From assembly GCA_963693365.1 (NCBI GenBank), contig CAVNZM010000015.1:1302001-1366000 (forward strand): a stretch of 64,000 bases of DNA, written 5' to 3'. This stretch comes from Amoebidium appalachense. Its lineage: Eukaryota > Protista > Ichthyosporea. Made by a program: the position numbers and the translations under genes. Below are positions 53,533-64,000 of this stretch, one piece after another (position 1 is the first letter of the stretch; every line of letters starts with the position of its first letter). The notes below the pieces were generated by a model. That model was not told the DNA's origin and did not search any database. It saw only the letters and a program-made list of their open reading frames with translations.

Positions 53533-54128
53533 AGCCCCGGTGACACCCCGAATATGACGTTTAACGTCATACACACTTTTCGGTGACCATATTTCCAAAC
53601 GACGGCATGCTATGTCTACTTATGTGAAGAAGAAAAGTTAGGAATGGTAGTTAACAATACGCTACATAATTTTTTTATGGGTGTATATGTCTATTTTACA
53701 AAGGTTTTATATGATCGTCCCGAGAGAGGTCGCCCTTTAAAAACGTCATACAAAAGCGTCATTCAACTCCGGCCGCGTTTCATAATTGATCTAAAAATAG
53801 CGCAACAGATGACGGACCGCTGCGGCAGATGGATCCATGTCATTTCTAATAGTAAATCGAGGATTGAACATAGCATGACCTCGCCGAAAATGTGCTTTTC
53901 ACACACATGAATTATACGTCTAAATAGAGATATATGTTTCCTAGCCTTAGACAAATTTTGAGCTCCTTGCCATCTTTTTTGTGTGTTTTCTGACTGTTTC
54001 TCTGAACCCACTTTTTTGGTGTCCCTGTATGACGTTTTTTGTCATACACGTCTAATTGATCCGAGATTCCGAAATTCCCGGGATACAAAGTGTATGACAA
54101 AAAACGTCATACAAATGTCACTGGGGCT
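53533..54128. mobile_element. MITE / non-autonomous TIR element (~596 bp)
   Basis: TIR AGCCCC(G/A)GTGACA at both ends; subterminal palindromes (G)TATGAC-N7-GTCATAC near 53551, 54027 and 54092; no clean TSD. Confidence 0.8.
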
Positions 54129-54160
54129 AGTGGATGTGCGGTGAGCGTTGTTCATTTGTC

Positions 54161-54530
54161 TCCCCCCCCCCCCCCCCCCCTCCCCGTCCCCCTCCCCTCC
54201 CTCCCCCCCCCCCCTCCCCGTCCCCCGTCCCCCCCCCCCCCCCCGTCCCCCTTCCCCCACCTCCCTCCCCCTCCCCTCCCCGTCCCCCCTCCCCGTCCCC
54301 CTTCCCCCTCCTCCCCCCCCCTCCCCCCCTTCCCCGTCCCCCTTCCCCCTCCTCCCCCCCCCCCCCTCCCCCTCCCCTCCCCGTCCCCCTTCCACCTCCT
54401 CCCCCCCCCCTCCCCCCCTTCCCCGTCCCCCTTCCCCCTCCTCCCCTCCCCCCTCCCCGTCCCCCTTCCCTCCTCCCCCTCCCCCCCCTCCCCCCCCCCC
54501 CCCTCTAGATCCCCCCTCCCCCGGCCCCCT
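54161..54530. repeat. C-rich degenerate CCCCGTCCCC/CCCCT array (G-quadruplex-prone on minus)
   Basis: Seen directly. Confidence 0.85.
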
Positions 54531-54920
54531 TCTCGACCAACCACCAGAACCACCCACCCACCCACCCATCCACGCATTGATGATAACATAGTGGTCATGT
54601 GAGGATGGACTGTCTTTGGTTGACGGCCAATATGGCACCAAAAATAGCAACAAATAGACATATAAGCATACAAACAGTGGAAAATGGAACAAAATCATTA
54701 CTGGATTGTCATAAACAGTGTGGCACCCTCCAACTTTGTCTCTGATCATCCCCCCTCCGCTCCCCCCTCCCCCCCCCCCCTCCTCGGGCACAAACCCTCT
54801 CTTTTCCCTGGGATCTCCCCCCCCCCCCCCCTCCTTCCAATGCCTTATCTCTCCTACGCACTACGTACCCTCTGTCACATCGATGGGCTGCTTGGAGAAC
54901 TGGAGGAGAACGTTTATGGT

Positions 54921-54985
<65 letters not shown>

Positions 54986-55120
54986 CGCGCGCGCGTGCGC
55001 GCGTGTGTATAACAAACTTTCTCTCTCTCTCTCTCTCCCTTTCTTTTTAGACTGCATTTTCTTTCTCCCTTTCTTTTTCTTCTACTTTCCTTTCGTGGAG
55101 GACCGGGCGGTGACGGTGGC

Positions 55121-55270
<150 letters not shown>

Positions 55271-55288
55271 CGTGTGTGTGTGTGTGGC

Positions 55289-55326
<38 letters not shown>

Positions 55327-55383
55327 TGTGTGTGTGTGTGTGTGTGGCGTGTGTGTGTGTGTGTGTGACTGTGTGTGTATGTA

Positions 55384-55473
<90 letters not shown>

Positions 55474-55534
55474 CCGCCTGTGCCTGTGTTTGTCACGGCG
55501 GGTCGTGTGTGTGTGTGTGTGTGTGTGTGTCACG

Positions 55535-55581
<47 letters not shown>

Positions 55582-55890
55582 TACACGCGAATTCGTAGAC
55601 ATAGGCCATCTATGTTTCAGCACGTGCATTCGGACCAAAAAAAATAAATGTACATCTTGCAGGTTTGTGTTCAACCTGAACTTCTTCATACTCATATTCA
55701 AATACCTACTATGGTTTAATATGAAACAAGGAGGGAAAAGACTAATCAAAAGAGCCGAGAAAAGAAAACAGAAACTTTACAGATTACTCGAGGGCAGGTC
55801 AGAAAATACGAATTTCAGATCAGCCTTTACGTAAAAACGAAACAGAAACACTTGAAAATAACAGGAAGCTACTTCAGAAATATATCAGTT

Positions 55891-57606
55891 TCAAAGCCCG
55901 CCCTCCTCTCTCAACCAATTTCGCATAAACCTTACGTTACCCGCACTCTGCGTTGACAGGGGACCGTTTCCAAGTCCGAAAACTTGCACATTCTCCCCTT
56001 TTCCCTCCTCTTTCAAGAAAATCCTATTGTAAGTATAGCACACAATCAAGGAATCCACACAGTAAAGCGTCACCGCAACTCGAACCAACGAAGTCAAACT
56101 AAAAACGTTGAGCCTAAGTTCTGGATGTGCATGCACACTAGAGGCCAAAACTACAAGATATATAGTCAATGAGACAATCACACGAGCATTGCAATACGCA
56201 TCACAAAACTGTAAATCTATCTTGCGCACACCCCTGGAATAATACACCACTAAGGTGAGATACACAACGGAAAATACCCAAAACATCACGTAAAGGGGGT
56301 GTACAGCCTCAATTCCTATGTGAATGTTATCTCCCACCGCTACATTCGAAACATTGGAATAATACGTCAGCCCAACGCTGACAGGCACCATAACGAGAAC
56401 AATCGGGTATAGCTTAAAGTATTCGTAGAAACTACGCATCTCTGTCTCCTTTCGCAAGAAAATTAAAGATAGCAAGCGCTGTCGTTGCACGATAGCTGAA
56501 AACATTGAACTCATGGAAAGATATAAAAGCGGGTTTAAAAACAACACGGTCAAGTTGATTGTGTCGGACATTGAAACAATGTCATCGGGTGTATACTTCG
56601 AGAATTTCCGGGGATCGAACGTGAAAGGACCCAGCTGAAATATGTAATAACCGCACACCAGCACGGAAAACACGAGAGAGAGTACCCCGGAAATGAAATA
56701 TTGTCCCAAAAAGTAACTCCCACGGGATTTTACCATGGGATGTTTTCGGTAGATTACACATATCAACGCTACGCCAAGCAAAATCGCGCCGGCAACGGAA
56801 TTCGCAATAATTGTTGCACGGAAAAAGAAAATTTCCGTTTCCTCCGCCTGGTTCTAATCCCTTGCGATGGACTGCACACTCACCCAAATTATCCGTAAAT
56901 TTGCTGCGGTTTCCGTTGCGTTTTTGCCACCATCGGATAACTCGTTAAATGACCTTAGAATTGTTTGCATTTCCGGCGCAAATCTCCCGAAAATGTGTAT
57001 CCATCCCTTCGTTCCGGTACCGACCAAGACTCCCATTTCGATGCCCAAAAGGAGAATTAGCGTCGTGAAAAACCCCACCCACGTAATTACGTAATATCTC
57101 CGCACTCTCTTTTCATATTCGTCGGGTGTCTCCCTATTGTGCGGTATTGAAGATACCGTTTGTATATCCAACGAATTCCATGAACCCCCGTTGTTTCGTG
57201 GTGCCGGTGGCCTTAAATCTTTCTCTTTAAGGGGCTCTTCCACTCTTCCGGTCGCTAAGGCCACTTCTGGTTGCCGCGGGATTCCATTTCCATTTTGGGA
57301 ACGAGCGAGTTGGTCCTCTGACAAACTGCAGATGAAAACAGGGGTAAGAAACCAGTGGGGAGGGATTGAGCAGGGACATGGAGGGGGGGGGGGGGGGGGG
57401 GGGGGAGAGGTTGAGAGGGAGGGAGGGGGAGGGGGAGGGGGAGTATGCATGTGAGGGGGGAATGGGGGAGGTGAGGGTGGGATGAAGTGTCTGTGTGTGT
57501 GTGTTTGTACATCCTCCTTTCAGTTTTATGTGCTGGCCGGGACCCGGTGTAGGGGCACGTTGATTGTGAGGATAAAGAAAAGTGTGTGTGTGCGTGTATG
57601 AGAGTG

Positions 57607-57647
<41 letters not shown>

Positions 57648-58450
57648 TGGAGACGTTCTAAAGCTCTAACAAAATTGCATTATAAGCCAAAAGGCCCCTG
57701 TGTATTCATCCATGGTCGAATGGGGTGGGGAGGCCACACAGGTGGGAAGCGAGGGAGAAAGGGAGGGGGGGGGGGGGGGGGGGGGAGGTTAGAATTGTGC
57801 GTTATGCTGAGGGAAAACCGTTCAAGTACAAATCAATAGAATGTGGAGGGAGAAAGCAGTCAAGGACGTAAAAACAACGGCCCGTTCGAAAAGGGTGGGC
57901 GGGTGAGCAGGTGGGCGGGCGGGCGGGCGGGTGGTGGTGTTGGTGTTGGTGTTGGTGGGAGTGGTGGTGTGTGTGTGTGTGGGGAGGGGGGGGGGGGGGG
58001 GGGAGGGGAGGGGGGGGGAAGGAGAGGGGGAGAGGTGGGGAGGAAGAAAGGAACAGGCTGCCACGGACAATGAACACCGTGTAGGCCTTTGCATGAAAAC
58101 ATAGCCCCACGTGCACACACATACATGCACACCGGCATTCAAGGACTCGTTGCGACAAAACACAGCGCTCACACATCAACCGCCCACACACGTGCAAAGA
58201 CGTATAAAACATAGACCTCTGAACACTCAGGAAACCTTTGCACACACCGCATGCAGGCACACACGATGCACAGACATTACACTCACTTGCAGGTCTTACA
58301 AGGTTTAGCACACATGTACAAGTTGACAGCGAGAATCAAGCATAGCTACAACACATCCACACTCGTATGTAAAGCGTGCACAGACATCACAATCATGTGG
58401 ATGCACACTTCACAAGAAAACAGAGGTACAAGCACACACACATACACGCG

Positions 58451-58525
<75 letters not shown>

Positions 58526-58531
58526 GCACAG

Positions 58532-58591
<60 letters not shown>

Positions 58592-58764
58592 GCACGCGCG
58601 CACGCGCGCATTCACACACGCACACACATACACACACACACACACACACGCACGCACGCACACGTGCACAAGGTGGTTTGCAGCTACCTTGTTGGTGGTG
58701 AAGTCTGCACACCAGGCCATTCCGAGGATCCCACACCACCATCCAAAGGCCCAGACGTGCTCAT
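55891..58764 (-). CDS. Class C-like (7tm_3-type) GPCR-like membrane protein with an extra N-terminal TM helix
   Basis: Main exon 57325-55891 is one frame broken only by TAG at 56856-56854. Seven hydrophobic segments with loop motifs [11 protein letters not shown] (ICL1), RQRLLSLIF (end of TM3) and RKIDLQFCD (ICL3). Putative first exon 58764-58688 is phase-compatible but tentative. Confidence 0.65.
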
Positions 58765-59258
58765 GTTTGTGGTCGTTGAAGCTCAGGGGGTTGGGGGAAA
58801 GACACGTATACGCCTATGCATGATGAAGTTGTGTTTTGTAGCTAGTGGAGCAATGGTGCAGGTCCGCAGTCCCACTTTTTGGCTATAATGTGTGATGTGC
58901 ACGAGTAACATGGGGTGTGTAGCTAAACTGGGCTCTATGAAGTTGCGGGCCCATCTAGGGCACTTAGAATGTAATTTGGTGTAAAAACAAAGAGAGAAAG
59001 AAAACGAAAATGCTTGAATATGTGACAGGCTTCGCACACTGACACGGTGTAAAGCTTCTGGTAGCTATAGACAAGAGGTGCTAATAGAATGATTTTTTTT
59101 ACCACCACCTGCCTCTAGACCTCTTGCTGAATGTGTGAGAGATAAAATTGAAGGATTGAAGATGAACTACAAAAAAGTTGTCAAGTAAGTAACAATACAG
59201 AATCGTAATACTGACTAGCTAGCTAAAACTATACTATGTTTAGAGAACACCCAAGCTG

Positions 59259-62200
59259 TTGAAGGGTTGTTTCATGATTTTTTCCAGGCTGAAACGAAGC
59301 TATCACAGCCTGCATCATATGCGCGGATTTAGCGGCGCACCGTTTCCAAGAATTCGAGCAGAAGAGTCTACAGTGATTTGCGAAACACAGTTTAAAAACC
59401 ACCACAAATTCAACTCTACATTGGTCGACACATCCACACACCCCGGTTACGCGAAAAACCGAGGCATTATTGTACTTGCCGCACCACACGTGAGAGTGAA
59501 GTGCAAACCGGTAGCAAAAACGGAATTCTCGGTTTCTATAGAGTTTCTTTCTAATGTTTTTACTTTTGTATATTACCCACCATCTATGTCGGTTGTCGAA
59601 TTGACTCACGAGTTGTCACAGTTACCAATGTCCACTGTTATTTTAGGTGATTTTAACACGCGACTCCACCACACAGACACACTGCAAGTGAGTGTCGGGT
59701 ACCCATCTAAGCCCCCGGAGCGTGCTATCCCTTTAGCAAGGTATGTCCAAAGTCACACTTTGCGGTTCCCTCAAATATCCCATGCCCACAACACCGACTG
59801 GGGAGTGGCCTTTTGGCCATCAACCATGTCAAAACTCTCTCTCCCTCCTAACCTCTCTAGGTCATCTGACCACTCTCCTATCCTTTTCCTACCTAAGATC
59901 TCCCTTGATCTGCTCCCCCCTCCCCCTCCCACCTTTCGCCTCCGTCTATCCCAGCTTAAGTCACAGTGGGGTAGAGTTGATGTATGTGTATGCTATGCTA
60001 CGAAACACCCTATATATATGCGCCTATTAGAATCTGCACAAGCCAGGCCAGATTCACATCTCGTACTAGATACATGCACTAACTTTATTGTTGATGATTT
60101 GATAGATCTCGGTGATTATGCTGGCGGTGGTAGGAAGGAATACCCCGATGCTCTCTTGTTACCAAACACCACTCCCGCTAGACTAGGTGAACCCCTGTCT
60201 CAAAAGGAAAGCTTGCGCCGGCTTGCTAGTATGAATCGATTTGGCCCCCCTGCTCGTATTATTGGTGATACCACTGGAGACCCCCTCATAGACTCTGATA
60301 AGTATTTCTCGGAACTGTTTAAAGATAGGACCCCCGCTCAGAAACCTATTGTGTGGCCTGTAGACCCATCTATCCCCATAGAATCGATCCTCCCCTTTTT
60401 CAGTCCCGATGCCATATGGTCTGTGATATCTAGTTATAGCTCTAGTAAGTCTTGTGGACCTGATGGACTCCCTGCTGGGTTTCTTAAAATCCTTGTTCCC
60501 TCCTACCCACAAAAGGAAAGTGATCGTGCTATTAAACCTGATCTTACTATCATGTTAAGCTCTCTCTTTTCTTGGTGTGTTAAATGTGGACATGTCCCGT
60601 CATCTTGGTTAGATACCTTAGTGATCCCCATAGTTAAGAAGGACTCTGAGGGCCCCATATCATCCTTTCGCCCCATTACACTAACCCAGGTTGTTCGTAG
60701 ATTCTTTGAAGCTTGCTTACTTAGGTTATTTGCACATCACCCTAGGTTTCAATCTATTCTTCACATACACCCATGCCAATCCGCTTTTCGTAAAAACAAT
60801 TCATGTTATGTTCAAATAATGGCACTGCACGATTCTATGCAAGTTGGTGCACAATATGTTGGCTTTATTGATTGGAAAACTGCTTACGATTCTGTCTACC
60901 CTGGTCTCCTATGGGAAAAGCTTGCTGCACGGGGTGTACCACACTGCATTGGTGTTCTGTTAGAAGCACTCTTGTCTCAAACCTATGGTAGAGCTGTGGT
61001 TAATGGGCATCTTTCATATGGTTTTGCTCGTACTAGAGGTCTCTTGCAGGGTTCATTGCTTAGCCCCTTTTTGTTTAACCTATTTATAGATGATTTGGCT
61101 GTCAAGATTTACGCCGAAAACGATGACCCTATTAATAACTTTCCGCCTGCACTTCTCTATGCTGATGATCTGTCCCTCCTTGCCCGTACCCCTAGACGCC
61201 TGCAAAGATTGTTCGATGTAGTGTCAGAGTGGTGCAAGGCAAACCTTATGATCCTTAACATAGACAAATGTGGTGTTCTTGTACCTGATATAGCTAACAA
61301 TTTACACACATTTACATTATCATCTAAACCTGTACCTATAGTTCCAGAATACAAATATCTTGGTGTTCCGGTTGATTCTGTTGGTGTTATGTTTCCCCAT
61401 ATGGTCGAAAAGAGGGTAGAGTTGGCTCGTAAGCGGTTAGCTTTCTTCTCGGCTAATATTTTTAAAGACACACCCCTCCATCCTTCTATTAGACTTACAT
61501 TTATTCGCACTTTTGTCTTCCCGGCATGTGAATATGGTTTACCCCTTCTCGCCGCTTGGATCAAGAAAGAGAGAACTAGAGCGCTTAAACCCTTGGCAAA
61601 TTTCCTTGAAGCAGAAGTTGCCTCCTTTCTATCTAACAACTGTTGTAAACCTGGGCCTGTAACGCTCTCGATATATGGTCTGGTCCCAATAGCTGCTAGA
61701 GTATCCTATCTCGCGCTGAAATTCAATAAGCACATAAGCCGCTTAAAGAAGTATTTGCCCTCCCACCCTCTCTTCTCTATCCGACCTGTCCCCTCCTCAC
61801 CTCTCCCCTCTTTCCTCCCCTCTCTCTCCCCTTCTCCCCTGGGCACAAATACAAATAAACCCCGCAATAGTGTGTGTGTGACTTTGGACTGCCACTTACT
61901 TATTAAACATGTACACAATCACAAGATAATCACGCAATATAACAAATGGAAAAAGATACCACACGACACTAGACCCGATGAAAGCATACACCTTGAAAAA
62001 CTAAGCCTTATGTCTCGTTTTATATATACTGACCGCCTCAACCATATTGCCAAATATGGCACTCGCAAGTGTATAACACCTAAATACATATTACCTTCCT
62101 GTAGAACTGGTCTTTCTCTAGCTGATGGTATTATTGATCAATTACCACGCTTTTACTGTACACGTGCTATACAGTGGAGATCTAATAAGTATAAGGTGGC

Positions 62201-62445
62201 ATCATTTGCATGCCCAAACAACACACACACACACCAGTTTAACCGGTCATGTATCGCCAAATGTAGTTTGATAGACCACATAATACCGCAACACACACAC
62301 GTCACATTCACAACAGACACCCAGAAAGATAGCCTACCTGTAAATTACAACATCCTTGATTTTATACTAAACACGCGTAACTACGACCTGTTTATTAGAT
62401 GTATTGATTGGCTTGAGAAACACATCACTACAAAATTATAGCGCA

Positions 62446-62510
<65 letters not shown>

Positions 62511-62542
62511 CCAGCTGATACCGAGTGTCCCGAGGGGAGCCC

Positions 62543-62592
<50 letters not shown>
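59259..62592 (+). mobile_element. Non-LTR retrotransposon (LINE-like)
   Basis: Single long APE-RT ORF, then a short 3' UTR containing (CA)n and an A46 tail (62547-62592). 5' end and TSD not identified. Confidence 0.9.
59274..62441 (+). CDS. APE endonuclease - reverse transcriptase polyprotein (~1055 aa)
   Basis: APE motifs CETQ, ILGDFN, SDHSPI; RT motifs KSCGPDG, FRPITL, Q.AFR, IDWKTAYDSV, GLLQGSLLSPFLFNLFIDDL, LYADD, YKYLGV; C-terminal CPNNTHTHQFNRSCIAKC. First ATG at 59274; no internal stops. Confidence 0.93.
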   Translation: MIFSRLKRSYHSLHHMRGFSGAPFPRIRAEESTVICETQFKNHHKFNSTLVDTSTHPGYAKNRGIIVLAAPHVRVKCKPVAKTEFSVSIEFLSNVFTFVYYPPSMSVVELTHELSQLPMSTVILGDFNTRLHHTDTLQVSVGYPSKPPERAIPLARYVQSHTLRFPQISHAHNTDWGVAFWPSTMSKLSLPPNLSRSSDHSPILFLPKISLDLLPPPPPTFRLRLSQLKSQWGRVDVCVCYATKHPIYMRLLESAQARPDSHLVLDTCTNFIVDDLIDLGDYAGGGRKEYPDALLLPNTTPARLGEPLSQKESLRRLASMNRFGPPARIIGDTTGDPLIDSDKYFSELFKDRTPAQKPIVWPVDPSIPIESILPFFSPDAIWSVISSYSSSKSCGPDGLPAGFLKILVPSYPQKESDRAIKPDLTIMLSSLFSWCVKCGHVPSSWLDTLVIPIVKKDSEGPISSFRPITLTQVVRRFFEACLLRLFAHHPRFQSILHIHPCQSAFRKNNSCYVQIMALHDSMQVGAQYVGFIDWKTAYDSVYPGLLWEKLAARGVPHCIGVLLEALLSQTYGRAVVNGHLSYGFARTRGLLQGSLLSPFLFNLFIDDLAVKIYAENDDPINNFPPALLYADDLSLLARTPRRLQRLFDVVSEWCKANLMILNIDKCGVLVPDIANNLHTFTLSSKPVPIVPEYKYLGVPVDSVGVMFPHMVEKRVELARKRLAFFSANIFKDTPLHPSIRLTFIRTFVFPACEYGLPLLAAWIKKERTRALKPLANFLEAEVASFLSNNCCKPGPVTLSIYGLVPIAARVSYLALKFNKHISRLKKYLPSHPLFSIRPVPSSPLPSFLPSLSPSPLGTNTNKPRNSVCVTLDCHLLIKHVHNHKIITQYNKWKKIPHDTRPDESIHLEKLSLMSRFIYTDRLNHIAKYGTRKCITPKYILPSCRTGLSLADGIIDQLPRFYCTRAIQWRSNKYKVASFACPNNTHTHQFNRSCIAKCSLIDHIIPQHTHVTFTTDTQKDSLPVNYNILDFILNTRNYDLFIRCIDWLEKHITTKL

Positions 62593-62593
<1 letters not shown>

Positions 62594-62730
62594 GGGGAAC
62601 CCCAACTAATTGATTTCTCCTTGTAGTCTTTATGGTGTCTCGTAGAGAAAGTAAACCCTGATATATAGTCACCACCCGACATCTATGTACGTGATCATGA
62701 TATACCGCTGAGGGGATATTCCGAGCAAAA

Positions 62731-62840
62731 CCCCCCCCCCCATACCTGAGACTGGTTCTCTTTGCCTCGAGTAAACAGCGTAAACCCCCAGAAGAGTCTC
62801 TAGATGGCCGTGTTCTGAGTCTCTAGATGGCCGTGGAGCA
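62731..62840 (-). repeat. Second copy of the short interspersed element seen at 18319-18410
   Basis: CCCCCATACCTGAGACTGGTTCTCTTTGCCTCGAGTAAACAGCGTAAACCCCC is identical; followed by a direct repeat GAGTCTCTAGATGGCCGTG x2. Confidence 0.85.
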
Positions 62841-63560
62841 GAACGATCGATACCGGATACCGGGAGAAACCGGGTGCATAACTGTACTGTTGTCATGCCC
62901 GGGTAGAGTTAAAAAACTGGGCCCTAGGTTGATAATATAAAAAGTCTACAAAAAGAACTTTTATAAAAATCGTTGGTGGAGAATATTATACAATAATACA
63001 GTGTAAAAGAATATATGACTATCCATGGCACTGCTGTGGATCATGCAGGCTACATGGACAGAAATCTTACACCCGGCTTTGGTATGCAGAATTTTAATGG
63101 GGCGGCATTCCAATGCGAGCAGTGTGACACCGAAAAAACGATTTTGGGAAAACAAGGTGCGTTTGTGGAGCGCCTTGCTAACCGGCACTCTGCTCGATGT
63201 TTTTTCGTGGTACTATCTAGATCTTTTAGCTGGTAAAGACACTTACACACTCACACATACAAATACACGCACGCCACACACGCAGACGGAAACATGCACA
63301 CGCACACACACACAAACGCACGTACATTTTTGTACACGCCCACACGAGCACGACACGTGACTATAGTATGCACATGCACACACAGGCACACACGCACGAA
63401 TGCACAGGCGCACGCAAAGACGCACACACACGCACACAGACGCAGAATAACTCACACACACATGCATACACGCACGCACGCGCACATGTACAAGCACTTA
63501 CACACAAGAATTCACATGCCTGCACAATGCATGCTCAGCACACATTCACGCACGGGCACA

Positions 63561-63604
<44 letters not shown>

Positions 63605-63774
63605 CACACACACAAAAACTGAACACACTCACACAAAGTCTGATGCAAACACACACAAGCACACACGCACACACGCGACGGTATACGAGCAGGGCTAGAC
63701 CCGTGTGCACAAACACACGGACACACCGTGCCACGCACACGCACATGCACATGGACAGCACACACACACGTACG

Positions 63775-63881
63775 CCTATCCGGATCAATGAAGTAGCACA
63801 GTAACTTATCATCAGAGAATACGGCATCACGAAGTTTGTCAAGGGAACTGAGGGAAACCGGAGAACAAGCAAACAAAGGCA
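63775..63881 (-). other. Probable internal exon of an unidentified minus-strand gene
   Basis: ctttcag| open frame PLFACSPVSLSSLDKLRDAVFSDDKLLCYFIDPDR |gtacgt; partner exons not resolved. Confidence 0.3.
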
Positions 63882-64000
63882 CTGAAAGATGTCATTTAGC
63901 TTAGCTCAGAGCTAATTAGGGGCACCCCACAGTGGCATAGATAAAACAAGGAAATTCAATTATATACACGGGTGATATTCTGCCTGTTTTGTGGAATTCG

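Noticed and set aside
59119-59183. Plus-strand exon-like segment PLAECVRDKIEGLKMNYKKVV|gtaagt upstream of the LINE ORF
   Set aside because: No partner exons identified; could be LINE 5' sequence or chance.
62961-63236. Short ORFs on both strands
   Set aside because: No consistent splice phase with neighbours and no recognisable domain.

Overview
Eukaryotic nuclear DNA, intron-rich and saturated with (CA)n/(GT)n, (GA)n/(CT)n and poly-C/poly-G tracts. Most ORFs in the supplied track are microsatellite artefacts. Gene content suggests an opisthokont, possibly a unicellular holozoan, but the taxon cannot be fixed from this window. Contents: (1) a tandem triplication (~3.6-24 kb) carrying three paralogues of an unrecognised, intronless, secreted Cys-rich precursor gene (two intact, one frameshifted) plus dead copies of the ATAD5 3' exons; (2) a ~2.1 kb insertion holding four tightly packed, AT-rich, decaying tRNA genes (Asp-GTC, Ile-TAT, Arg-TCT, Thr-TGT) on the minus strand; (3) a 16-coding-exon ATAD5/ELG1 gene (minus, ~1830 codons by manual splicing) with an E2F/CCAAT/CRE promoter, AT-hooks and a non-canonical Walker A; (4) a minimal filamin-like gene (CH1-CH2 plus one Ig repeat); (5) relics of bacterial-type SdrD/Cna-B repeats; (6) a class C-like 7TM receptor with an extra N-terminal helix and an in-frame TAG or micro-intron; (7) an apparently intact APE-RT non-LTR retrotransposon ORF; (8) two MITEs, a short TSD-flanked retro-insertion and several minisatellites. 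All gene models and family assignments were made by eye (motif recall and splice-phase checks); no searches were run.
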